Source: Octopus sinensis
Taxonomy: Eukaryota
Length of the DNA: 64,000 nt
Assembly: GCF_006345805.1 (NCBI RefSeq)
Contig: NC_043013.1
Coordinates: 57,660,001 to 57,724,000, forward strand
Reading direction: 5' to 3'
Made by a program: the position numbers and the translations under genes
Part shown: piece after piece, positions 1 through 11,666 of the stretch
Numbering within the stretch: the first letter of the stretch is position 1
How the letters are laid out: the number at the start of each line of letters is the position of its first letter
Notes under the pieces: model-generated
Databases searched by the model: none
Told to the model about the DNA's origin: nothing
The model's input: the letters and a program-made list of their open reading frames with translations, nothing else

Positions 1-3000
1 ACTATTTTCCTTCTTTAGCAACACAAGGCTAGGAATTAAAAATACCACCATTTCTAATCTCTTCCACATTTTCCTTGTCTGTACTTAAAGATCGTTGCAT
101 TATTGATATACTTTTTACTCAATTCGTATATTAACTTCATTCACAATGATTCCAGACGTCAGCAACATAAAACTGAACTCTAAACTCAGAAAGACATAAC
201 AACGTTATGAAATCTAAGATTATAATCTTGTAATATTCGGAGATAATACAGCGTAATTTGAGGGCGATTTCTCTGCGACTGCCTCCTGAACTTGTTTCTA
301 AAATACACTCACGGGATTCCATAGAAATAAACCTATTATACACCCGTTATACAAATATAAATGTGATTTATTTACTCCTATGAGATGGAACTGATTTTGT
401 GTAGTGACAACGCAATATTCTCAGACGCTGTGTAAGTTGTTGTCATAGAACAAAAAAATTTCAGCATTCTTTTTATAATTCCTTCCTTCCATAAATTTTC
501 ACATTAAAGATATTTTGTAAAGAGTGTGTTTGTTTGGAATTATTTTTGAAAATTTATTAAAAAATACAGAAGAAAATCTATCTAAAACATCGTCATAGTT
601 TGAATTGAGAAGTTTCCTTTGAACAATAATTTTTTTTTAATACGATAAAGAAATCCATGAATATTCTAAATGATAAAGTGTAGCTACGATAACCTTTTCA
701 AAAATCTATTTCTAAAAGTAGCACCAAAATATTAAATTCTGAGATTGTTTTGAAATAAAGTAGAAGTTATCTCACTTGTAGTTCAAAAAATCCTCAATAA
801 TATCTGATATAGGTTTGTTATTAGTTTGTTCGGCTTTCATGTCTGAATGCTACTAAATTATTGCGAAAGGATGGGGGACTGTGTCCTTTCTTTGTGTGAA
901 AGGAGTTGAGAATAATGTGTAGAGAAAGACAGACATAAATGTGTGTGTATGTGTGTGTGTAAGGAGATACACATAGACAGAAAGAGAGAGTGAGCAATAT
1001 ATAGTGAGACATGCAGAGAGACAGAGAGGGAAAGCGAGCGGTAGGGTTGAAGATTGGCAGTGGGGGATGGAAACGTAGAAAGATTCAATGATTTTAATGC
1101 ATCAGTTGGCAACAAGTAAAAATGATAAAAATAAAAATGATGTCGTAATGATATTTACAATAAACACGAGGAGAATGTGCTAGAAAAGAAGTGAGAACTG
1201 ATTTTATTTTCAAATAAGATTGTCAGAGAGGAGACACTGTATGGATTTTGAGGCCACCCTGATGCTATTAATACTGTTGAAGTTCAATGTGATTATTGAA
1301 GTGATTGCAGTGGATGATTCAGCGTGATGATTGCATGTAGGGGGCGCTTTAAAGTAGGCAAACGACGGCCTGAGGTGGTGGTCATATAAAGTTGCATAAG
1401 TAATGGAAAGAAAAGAGAGAGAGAGAGAGAGAATGAGGCTGAGAAAGAGAGAGACATAACAGTGAACTCACTGTTTTCTCGTCGTTGTGAGGAATATTGA
1501 CGAGTTTGTCGAGTGGCTAATTCCTGAATTCAGTCTAGAATGATTGTTGGTGCAGGTGGGTAGTAAGAAGCCCCGATGTAGGTATCTCCGTTGGGGATTT
1601 CACATTTGCCTTCTAAGGGTCAAACATGTAATTAGATCTGACATAACTATGGCACCACTGAAAATGAGATCTAATTGTCCTGGTGGTGGTTTAGCAAAGT
1701 TTGAGCAGTGAGCTTTAGCAAATTGAAGCGATTACAGAAACATACATACATAAATACAGATACACAGAGGCACACACGTACACCCATGCACGCGATCACC
1801 CTCCCTCCCACACACGCATGTATACTCGTTCACGCCATACGCGCACTGACGCACACCCGTATGCAGTTAAGTGAAGTTCGGGTAATCATCTTGTAGAATG
1901 TTGGGCAAAGCTCATCCGTAGTTATTGGCTACCTGATGTCATCATACGGGTGAAATGCACACTTGCCACTGTATATATACCAGGAATCCCATAGTAACTG
2001 TTTCGATGCATTCTTGTACCTGTCATCCATTGGTGAGATATTGTGCAGTCTACAATTCAGTCATAGAATGCGTGTCTTCCGGTGATTGTTTAAATAAGTG
2101 CTCGTTAGCTACTCAGAGCATTTCACTCAGTTTCACAATGAACGCCAAACATGCCGCATTATTCCAGTAATTCACAGGCAGGACTAAAATCACAGACTCA
2201 GTGAGAGACGAGGTACACTCAAAATCAAAATATTCAACGCATGGCTAAAAAGTGAACAAATGAAAATAAAAATAAAATTATAAATGATAAAAATAATAAT
2301 TTCAGTTGACTATAAACTTCTATTCTGTCGAAAGGTCCTATCATGAGAAAGAAAGAACTAGACACACACATGAGGGTCTTCCGCGCAGTTTCCGTGTAGG
2401 TAATTACTTTATAATTAGTGTCTAAACAAGTGACGTGCAGTGAAATCGAACTCACTTTTATAATTGTAAGATTAACTCTTGAAGCAGATGGACAAGTTTG
2501 ACATCCATAAAGGTAGATCAATGGAAACTGAGCTATTGTTGTTTGTCAGAAGAGAAAGCGTACGTATGAGAGGAAGTTGTTGTTATTGTCGTTAATGTTG
2601 AGCTGGACGACTTTGATGGAACAGATATTTTTAATCAAAACTTCTCTATTCGTCTCCTTCCTGCTGAGTCAAGGATTTATCTTTCATCTTCAGCTGATAA
2701 GATGTTATCTGAGGGCAAAGTAGTCTGTGATTTCTAGAAGTGAGTATGAATGTGTAGTTTCTCACTTATCTTCGTATTAGCTGATGATTGTTGCTTGTTT
2801 GTTGCTATACCTAGTCAAAATAACCTTCACTGAGATATAATCTAAGACGCCTTTGTGCGAAGAGATATTGAGATTTACATATATTCATATTTGCAAATCT
2901 TAAAGTCCTTCTTTTCCACCATATTTTGGAAACAATTATTGTTCATGCACCATCAACCTCATTTGTTGGGGAGTCAGTGGTGGAGGGATGAATCTCACCA

Positions 3001-3089
3001 GCCTTTCCTTTACTGGTCCACGGAGTCAAAGGAGAAGAAACAGAGAAAACAGAAATTCACACACAATACCTGATAGAATCACTTCCAGA

Positions 3090-3215
3090 ACCCCCGAAAA
3101 GAAAAAAAGCAAAGTCGACCTCGGCAGAATTTAATCTCTGAACGTTTAAGGTCAGAAGAATTGCCGCTAAGCATTTCTTTCCCGACGTGCTGGCGATTCT
3201 AATAGTTCGCTGCCT
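3090..3215 (-). mobile_element. tRNA-derived SINE, family A, partial diverged copy
   Basis: gcaaagtcgacctcggcagaattt...ccgctaagcatttc...cgacgtgctggcgattct matches the better-preserved copies at 9219-9670. Confidence 0.75.
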
Positions 3216-3384
3216 TCCAAGACCCGAAGCAAATATTGAACGACATTTTGTCCCACTATCTTATCACTTTGCGAATCTTATAAAAAAAGCCCTTGAAAAA
3301 TATTAGTAAAACATAAGCCAGTTGTCCAAAAGGGCACACCGTAGTATCAAATTCCTATCCGTTGTTTTCAAAGCAAACGTAATT

Positions 3385-3397
3385 GTTTATAATCAAT
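3385..3397 (+). repeat. Candidate target-site duplication, left copy (right copy 5307-5319)
   Basis: Exact 13-bp gtttataatcaat on both sides of the ORF1-only element, each preceded by aaac six bases upstream. Confidence 0.65.
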
Positions 3398-3583
3398 GAG
3401 CGAAACGCCCGTTTCGAACCCTCTGATTTTCAGTGTGATTTTTTTTGTGAGAAGGTGAGAGCTGTTGTTACTATTTTACTGTTGATGATATTGCTGAAGC
3501 GTCGCGCGCGTGCTGTTTTTACTTGTTGCTGTTGTTTTTATTCTTTTTTTCCCTCATTTGTGGGTGAGGAAGAGCGTGGCACT

Positions 3584-4761
3584 ATGGAAAGCTACGCGAA
3601 AGCTGCTGCGGCAAAGACAACTACACGGCTGGAAGCCAGGAGGATACACATGGATAAAGATGAAATATTGAAAGGTTTGGGTTTGGTGAAGAAGGAGGAA
3701 GGCGCAATAAAGCTGGTCCCCCACAAGAGTCAATAGAAAAGTGAAAAAGCAGTGGTGTGCCGCACACAAGCGATCTTCATAAATAAAAATGAGAAAATAT
3801 CGGAAGAAAACGTAGAGGCCTGCCTAGGGGACATCATGCAAAAGGCGACAATCGTCTGCAGCGGAAGGAGGTATGACAGAGTGGAGGTGAGGTTTGCAAG
3901 CAAAGAAGAGGCGGCCTCACAATCCACAGATATCCTGAGGTCGGACAAGGTGGCACTGTTGTCCACATATAAGGGAAGGCGCTCTGTCCGAGTTAGGATA
4001 GCTAGGGTGCCACCTGAAATTAAAACTAGGTGGTTGGCAGTGGCTATTCTAGCGACCACCGAGGATAAGCCGGAGCTCAGAGAGGTTGGAGGAACGGATA
4101 TGTTGAATTGGTGGGAAAGTGGAGTGGAGATGTGACTCTGCATCACATTTGAAGATAAAGAGAGGTTTCTCTACCAAGTAGAGATTGAAGGGGAAAATTC
4201 CCTGAAAGTTATAGTAGAGGGTCGCAGACCCAGTTGCTACATCTGCCGTGAAAGGGGGCACATGAAATTGAAGTGCCCCCCCTATATAAAAATAAGCAGA
4301 CTGGGCCGATGCAGAGTAAGAAATAGGAGATAGAAGGAGAAAGGGGGACGGAAGGAAGGATGGGGGCAGAAATGGAAAAGATAAAAAATAAGTACCATGA
4401 ACAAGAGAAAGAAGAGATAGAGGGAAAAACGAAAGCGGCAAAAGAGGGGAGTGACAGGTTCGTCAGCGCCTAGAGAAGGAAGAAAGCGAGATTAAGGGAA
4501 GTGTTACAGAGAGCGATAGGAGAAGCAGGGAAGGCGGACAAAAACGATGACGAGCCGCCCGAACTTGCACATGAATTAGAAAAGAAACCAGAGAGGAAAC
4601 CAGAAGATATGAAGTCAAGCAAGCGTAAGGAAACTTTGCTATTTTACAGGAAATTCATAGAGGTAGAGAAGAGAATATCAAAGTGGACAAATTTGATTAG
4701 AGTGAAACTACCTAAGGGGAAGTTTGGAGAAGAAGAAAGGTGCGTATTGGTGAACGAGTAA
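3584..4761 (+). pseudogene. LINE ORF1p-like nucleic-acid-binding protein with CX2CX4HX4C zinc knuckle, disrupted
   Basis: ATG 3584 MESYAKAAA; in-frame stops at 3734-3736 and 4133-4135; the same frame continues to VEGRRPS-CYICRERGHMKLKC (4235-4276). Homologous to ORF1 at 10542-10985 (VEGRRPR-CFKCGEKGHVRSNC). The C-terminal part is frame-broken. Confidence 0.8.
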
Positions 4762-4930
4762 AATAGCGACAACCTATCGAAATATTACAAGGAATTTATC
4801 ACAGGGATGGACGGGCCGGTGTACTCTAATGGAAGACCGCCGGTTGTGAATTATAAACGGTTCGAGAATTTCAGATTTAAGGTAATTAATTTGTTATGAA
4901 CATTTTTGAAACAAAAGGAAAAAAAAACAG

Positions 4931-5050
4931 GGAAGCAAAACTTTTTTTGAACTTTACTTGAGAAAAATGTGTTCTTAAAAAAGAAAGAGAGGAAGCAAAA
5001 CTTTTTTTGAACTTTACTTGAGAAAAATGTGTTCTTAAAAAAGAAAGAGA
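4931..5050 (+). repeat. Perfect 60-bp tandem duplication in the 3' UTR of the ORF1-only element
   Basis: 4931-4990 is identical to 4991-5050 (ggaagcaaaacttttttt...cttaaaaaagaaagaga). Confidence 0.95.
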
Positions 5051-5985
5051 GAGAAAAAGAGAAAGACTGTCTAAATGTAACCACTCGACTTCGGGGTTCG
5101 AGTGAGCACACCGCCTCATTGTATCATCTTTTCATAATTCATTCGTTTCTTTTATTTTTACATCTTTTCTCAAATTTCTATTTTATAATTTTAGTTCCTC
5201 GATTCTATGTTACGTCACGTTATGCATTGTCTGTATGTGTGGTATTTGCCTTTCCGGATTCGATGTACGCCTTTTTTAGATAATAAAATAAAAAAGAAAC
5301 TTGATAGTTTATAATCAATATCAAGGTTATTTCGGAGAGGTGAGCGAACCACGATGCATTCTTAAATAACAATAGAAACTATATATGATTCACAGTCTGA
5401 ACTTGCTAAGATCCCCTCCTCGGCCTAATTTTACCACTAATATATACAAAAATGGTTGAGTCCGTATACCAAATTCTTGGTAACTGACATTTGTCCACAG
5501 CGTTCCCGAGAACTAATGCTGTGTTTATATTCATATAAAGTTGATATTTGGAGAAATAACTAATGTAAGCCGAGCTGCTTTGCAATTCCATTCTTCTTTT
5601 CCTGTTATCAAGCGCATGCGTGTCGCCAGGGCAGCTATTGTCAATTTTCACACGTAAAAATATCTTTCAAGGCAGCCAGATATGGCGGTTTCAATGTTTA
5701 ATTAAACGATATGGTGTTTCTGAAAAAGCTTCGCTAGTTATATTACAAATGTCATTCAACTCGAAACGGAGAAGCCCTGTGCAGTCTCACTTTTCGTTAC
5801 TCGTGCATGTGCCTCCGCTTTTCAAATTGTTTAACATGTTTGCTTAACAATAATATATATTGACGTTTATAGTTTCATGCTATCCCCTAAGTCTTATTAA
5901 CAATCATACATTTCCAGTAAAAGTGCCATTCGGTGACGGATTTGATGGGCGAAACAGCAAATGAATAGGAAAGGAAGAGTGAGAA

Positions 5986-6026
<41 letters not shown>

Positions 6027-7232
6027 AAGAAAGAAAGAGAAAGAGAAAAGGAGCGTGAGATTGAAATGTGAAACGTTTTAGAACTTTTAATGATTGCGAA
6101 TTTTTTTTCCGATTGATGTTTACAAATGTTTAAATTTTATTTTACAACTAAACTGTTGCTGTATTGTTGTTGCTATTGCTATTTTTAGTGTTGTTGTAGC
6201 TGTTATTCAGCCCTTGGTGAATCCATGTCCAATCGTCCTAAGATAGAAAGCGTTCAATTCGTAACCATTCTGTCTTTAATGATGTAGGGAACTTGACTGT
6301 CTGGTGTAGCCTTTTATTATCTTTCAGGAGAAATTGTAATTTGAAGGAAATTTCGCCGCTATTTCTGGTGAGTCATGAAATTAATTTTACAATTGGAATC
6401 TCGAAACTCTCTGTGGTTAACATGACCTGCTTAAACCAGGATGCACTGACCAATGCAGTTTGTTGCATACAATACTAGGGTGCAGCCAAAGCTAGCATGT
6501 CTTTAGATCACAGGCGCACTCAAGAAGGATCTACTTTAAGCTAAATAACACCAACTCTTGGATGCCCCGGAACCCGTTCAGAGAGTTGCATCAAATTAAA
6601 GCTAATTCTTGAGTTCATCCAGAAATGGATTTTGTTGACAAGTTTATTGCCGTGATTAGAAACGTGAGCAGTCTAAAGCTGCGTTCAACAAAAAGTAGAA
6701 CGAAAACGCTTAATATATCAGGTTGAAGTTAGCCAGGCAAACACTTCCTTTGTCTTCTTCCATCGACTTTGTTAAAGCTATGTAGCACATGAGTTTAGGC
6801 ACTCAATTACTCATCGCAGCTGAACTAATTTGAACTCCCACTAACTCCATTTATTTTTGTTGATATCATCCATCGTTAAGAGGTTCTTGGATTAAAGAAA
6901 ATTACCCGACAGTTTTCGATGTAAATCACTCAATTGTAAATTTGAAATAGCAACCTTCGATTTAGTGGGTATATAAAATCCTGACTGCTGGTCATTATAA
7001 TGGAAACTTCAGTGGTTCTAACAGAAAACACTTGGTTTAAAGCATTTTATGAGATAACCGTTTTGGTCACTTATTCTTTGTTTTGCCCACCATTATTTAA
7101 TACCATGGGAAAAATCATGAAACGATTTCCCATGCTCTGACAATTTTCTTAAAACAACGAACTGTTTTACAAGCTCCTTCCTGCAAGCAAAACGGCAATT
7201 ATTTTCAAACGGTATGACGCACTGGGCAATAA

Positions 7233-7283
7233 TTCTGGATATATGTAAATTACGGGCTGATCGTAATTTACATATATCCAGAA
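7233..7283. repeat. Perfect 22-bp inverted repeat with 7-nt loop
   Basis: ttctggatatatgtaaattacg (7233-7254), loop ggctgat, cgtaatttacatatatccagaa (7262-7283). Confidence 0.95.
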
Positions 7284-8179
7284 CTATAACAGCGCCACCT
7301 GGTCTTCATGATCAATCAGTCTATATCAGTGTTCGGCTGAAGATTTCTATTGTGAGGGAATAACAACGTATGTAACATCTGTGACAACATAGCTGCGCTG
7401 ACAACAATAATGCAGCCTCTTTCGTTTTATACATGAAACACCATTCCTCCTATCTTAAATGATGTTTGGTATTACAGTTGAAAACATTACTTTCCCCGGG
7501 GTTGGGGGCGTATGTAAGTCACGGGTTTAAATTTTAAATTAAAAAGCATTTTATCAGCTAAGAATTCCTCGACTCTGCTTTATAAAATCACTCAACCAAC
7601 AAGAAATAAAAGGCAAATCTCCTTCGTATAATATATTACCGACTTAAAACAGAAAAGAAAGACAAGTCTGTAAGAAACGGATGGGGTTGTAGTTTTGATC
7701 GTAGCAACTTAGCTTTTAGTTCTGTTCGGTAATGTCTCACCAAGGGCTAAACAACAACAGCCTTTATATATAACGTTTGCTTTTTACTAAAAGATTAATC
7801 AAAAATAAAATTGAAATGATTTCCCTTTGAAGTATGTTCAAAGGACTAATTAGTGTCCTATAATTAAACATTGCATACAAAGCTGTTGAAGAGAACATGA
7901 TCAGCTGGAGTAGGAAAGTGTGAGAGTTCGTCTGATGTTCGTAGTATGCCACATTATACAGGAATTATCCCTTGTAAGGGTGCTTTCCTGTTAGTAAAGA
8001 GATCAAATAAACACAGGCGCATACATATACATTCTCACGAATCAGACGTGTCGGTTTATATCAGTAGTGATCTATATTCAGCTGTTGCCTTTAAGACGGA
8101 AGCGAATTCATTTAATTATCCGACGAACAACTCACTATGATATGCATATCTATATTTCTATATTTTATCTCCTTTGCTT

Positions 8180-8525
8180 GTTTCGGTCATTAGATTGCTG
8201 CTATGGTGGGGTACCGCATTGAAGAATTTTAGTCGAACGAAATCTACGCGAGTACCTATTTTTTAAAGCCGGGTACTTAATCCATCTCCGTTTTTTGCTG
8301 AACCAGTAAGTTACGGGGACATTAACGTACCAACTCCGTTTGTTAATATATATATATATATGTGTTTGCGTGTGTGCAATGGGCTTCTATAAGTTTTCGT
8401 CTACCAAATCTACTCACAAAGCGTTGGTCGGCCTGACGCTACAGTAGAAGACACTTGCTCATGAGGTCACACTGCAGGGCTGAATCGGAACTATGTGACT
8501 GGGAAGCAAACTTCTTGCCACGCCT
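8180..8525 (-). mobile_element. tRNA-derived SINE, family B
   Basis: Shares ttttagtcgaacgaa..., aagcc.ggtact, internal (CA/TA)n and gtttccgtctaccaaatc...agaagacacttgc blocks with 21167-21557 and 48010-48200. Confidence 0.8.
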
Positions 8526-8539
8526 ATATATATTGTTAG

Positions 8540-8543
8540 ATGA

Positions 8544-8583
<40 letters not shown>

Positions 8584-8670
8584 GATGGTGGTGGTGGTGG
8601 TGGTGGTGGTGGTGGTGGTGATGGTGGTGATGATGATGATGATGTATATATATATATATATATATATACA
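8540..8670. repeat. Compound (GAT)n/(GGT)n/(TA)n microsatellite
   Basis: Visible directly; explains the poly-His, poly-Asp and poly-Met ORFs. Confidence 0.95.
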
Positions 8671-8760
8671 AGAAATAATATTTGTCTCTTCTAATAGAAA
8701 TAAAAGGGTTTATAGGACTGCAAAAGAAAGGCTCAACTGAGACGAAGATAAAGATACGGC

Positions 8761-9218
8761 ATTTGCAAAAAGTGTTCTATCAAGTCCTCTTACTCAGCAA
8801 TGCCAAATTTGGCTTCCATTATTGCATCTATAAATAGAAGCAAGGTAAATGGGCAAGGGCACCGGAAGTGTTCTTACCTGGGCAGGTAAGTTCTGATATG
8901 CCTAAGGTTAATGATGCTAACATGTTCCTCCCACCGGGTTTATCGAACCCCTGTAATGAGAGAATGTGAAGGAGTGAATGTGGGAAACGTGACAAGTACT
9001 GTTAGTAGTAGAAATAAGATCCGGGATGGTTCTCAGCAATCATGTAAATGTAGAAACCTGGATTACTTCCCCTTGATGAGGTCGGTCTAATTACAAATAC
9101 AATTTATAAATGCGTTGTTAAGGATGAGGATAATTTAGTTAGGTTTTATGTAGGTGGTACGGTGAATTTTAAGGGAAGGTATAGGGCCTACATGAGCTCG
9201 TTTTCAAATGAAAAATAC
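8761..9218 (+). pseudogene. Penelope-like element C-terminal GIY-YIG endonuclease fragment
   Basis: Frame 1 reads ICKKCSIKSSYSAMPNLASIIASINRSK...SCKCRNLDYFPLM. After a frameshift it reads GLITNTIYKCVV...FYVGGTVNFKGRYRAYMSSFSNEKY. This matches the PLE pattern SYSCMPN..SII / CNC..CPL / IY...YIG.T..FK.RY. Not in the ORF track because of a stop and the frameshift. Confidence 0.75.
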
Positions 9219-9449
9219 TTATTTCTTTATGGCCCACAAGCAGCTAAACATAGAGGGGACAAACAAGGACAGACAAAAGGATTAAGCCGATTAGATCGAC
9301 CCAGTGCGTAATTGGTACTTATTTAATCGACCCCGAAAGGATGAAAGGCAAAGTCGACCTCGGCGGAATTTGAACTCACAACGTAACGCAGACGAAATAC
9401 CGCTAAGCATTTCGCCCGGCGTGCTAAGGTTTCTGCCAGCTCACCGCCT
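9219..9449 (-). mobile_element. tRNA-derived SINE, family A, copy 1 of a tandem pair
   Basis: Minus strand starts aggcggtgagctggcagaa (A-box-like) and contains gagttcaaattcc (B-box-like). Confidence 0.9.
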
Positions 9450-9670
9450 AATAATTTCTTTACTACCCACAGAGAGGACAAGCAAGGACAGACAAACGGA
9501 TTAAGTCGATTATATCGACCCCAATGCGTAACTGGTACTTAATTTATCGATCCTGAAAGGATGAAGGGCAAAGTCGACCTCGGCGGTATTTGAACTCAGA
9601 ACGTAACGGCAGACGAAATACCGCTAAGCATTTCGCCCGGCGTGCTAACGTTTCTGCCAGCTCACCGCCT
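9450..9670 (-). mobile_element. tRNA-derived SINE, family A, copy 2 of a tandem pair
   Basis: Head-to-tail with copy 1; same A- and B-box-like motifs; high similarity. Confidence 0.9.
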
Positions 9671-10541
9671 AACAACAGCAATATGTACAGACTGTCTACT
9701 TGGTCAGAAATCTATGAATATGTTCCAAAACAGAAAGAGAGGGGGGAGGTACAAGTTAGAAGGACAGAAAGACATCTTGACAAGTTGAACATTGAGCAGT
9801 GAATGATGGGCGTTTAGTGAGCTGTCATTTGAAGAGAGGGAGAGAGGGAGTGGGAGACAGAGAGGGAGAGAAAGAGTGTGTGTGCGTGTGTTGGTAGTGT
9901 TTGTTTGAATATTGTTGGAAAAGAATGAGAAGGGAGAAGAAAGATGTGGTAACAGGTGAGGATTATGGTAGCGTATGGCGATGGAGGTTGTGGTGGTGGT
10001 GACGATGAATGACGATACTGAGTGTGCAGGTGTAGGCAGTCGGGAAGGGGGCGGGGCAGGGCAAGAGACGTGTGAAAGGAAAGAAGAAAGCAACAACAAA
10101 AAGATGTCTATTGGAAATTATGTTGGGGCTAATTAAAACATGTATGTGTGTGTGTGTCTGTCTGTCTTCATATAAATAAATATTCGTTTATGTGGGTATA
10201 AATGTATATATATATATATATGTGTGTGTGCGTGTGTATATGTCTCTATATAAGTACACACACACACACATATATATATATATATGTATAGAATATATTA
10301 AGAAGCATTGGTCATAGAACAAACACTGGATTTGGGTCAACGACTTTCTGTGGAATGGGCCATTATTTCGAGAGCACCTTCCTTCAGATAACTATAAATA
10401 ATTGTAAATTGTGTGTAAAAGAATCCCTTGCCAATATTAAGTCTTTGGGGCCAAAAACTTTGAATAGATTTACTGAGGTGATCCCCTTTTGCAAACATAG
10501 GTTTTCGTCCACCTTTTTGAAAGTGTTTAGAAATAAAAGCG

Positions 10542-11666
10542 GTGTGGGACAAAATTCGCCATGTCGTTCGAGGTGCTCGCAGCGCTACTGTTGAAGCACA
10601 TTTTGACTCGGCTGAGGTAGCAAGAGAGGTGTCATCAATGACCCTGAAAAATGATGATATCATGTTGCTACCCTCGTATATGGGAAAAAGAACAGCTAAA
10701 CTGCTGGTAGAGGACATACCGAGAGGGTATGACATAATGTGGGTAGCAGCGGCGGTCCTGCACAATGTAGAGCGGGAAGTTTCGATTCTGCAGATGAGAA
10801 GGAAAGAGGAGGTACGCTGGAAGGGACAGACGCTGGAACTTCTCGTTCAGGCAGAAAACAAGATATTGGAGAACCTGCCCGATAGGATATTTAACGAGGA
10901 TGGAAAGTCCATGAGAGTGTGAGTGGAGGGACGCAGACCTAGGTGCTTTAAATGTGGCGAGAAGGGTCACGTCCGCTCGAACTGCTTAAAAAAAAGAAAA
11001 CCAACGAAGCCCCTCCTCAAAGTGCTTCAAACAGAAACAGAAACGGAGGATTGTATCGAACAAATGGATTACACACAGGTGACACACAAAAGAAAAAAAA
11101 GATAACACCCTGGACTCCCCTCCCCAAACAAGGAAAAAATCAGCAAGCACCGCAGACATACACACAAAGCAAATTCCCCAGCCCTACCCCCATGGCACTG
11201 TATTCATTGGAAAACAGTTCGCCAAGCCCCTCCCCATAAAACGAGATGTGAAAAAGTCTTTAAAAAAAATGATAAGATCATTGCATTTGATGAAAAAAAC
11301 CAGAGGGTATATAAATACTTTAAATTTTCCAAATTTAAACTATTTAGCAAGGCTACAGACATAAAAGCAACCACTCGCTTCGCAAAAATAAAGGAAGACG
11401 AGTGGAAGGAGGAAATACTACAAGAACATCTAAAGAATAGACTGATAAGAGACGTGACAAAGGAAGTACTGGAGGGTAAACTTGTTATAACCCCTGCAAC
11501 CACACCTACCCAGAGCCCGGTGGCAACGCCGGTTAAGAGCCCTGCAGCTACGACCACAAGGGAGGAAGAAGGGGAAGCGGCAGATTTAAACTGTCATGAT
11601 CCCTTTCTCAACCGTAAGTTCATTTATTTTTTCTCTCACCGACAATGGCTAAGCTGGGTTGTGTGA
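10542..11666 (+). pseudogene. Tx1-like ORF1, disrupted
   Basis: In-frame TGA at 10920-10922 just before VEGRRPR-CFKCGEKGHVRSNC (10944-10985); later frame breaks in A-runs. Confidence 0.8.

Larger units (their letters stand above)
3398..5300 (+). mobile_element. ORF1-only (half-LINE) non-LTR retroelement of Tx1/L1 affinity
   Basis: 5' UTR, decayed ORF1 with CCHC knuckle, no endonuclease or RT, 3' UTR ending AATAAA plus A-rich tail (5282-5300). Flanked by the direct repeat gtttataatcaat at 3385-3397 and 5307-5319. Confidence 0.75.

Noticed and set aside
137-343. 68-aa minus-strand ORF
   Set aside because: No recognisable domain or splice context.
1460-1720. LDLIFS peptide on the minus strand suggesting a LINE endonuclease remnant
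   Set aside because: A single short motif among many stops; not supportable.
8455-8740. Poly-His, poly-Asp/Gly and poly-Met ORFs
   Set aside because: They derive from a (GAT)n/(GGT)n microsatellite next to a SINE; there is no flanking coding signal.
8873-8890. Palindrome CTTACCTG-gg-CAGGTAAG resembling the U1 5' end and twin splice donors
   Set aside because: Only 8-bp arms, inside the Penelope remnant, with no further U1 similarity and no supportable exon.
9219-9670. tRNA gene call for the A/B-box sequences
   Set aside because: No cloverleaf; multiple copies with long shared tails indicate SINEs.
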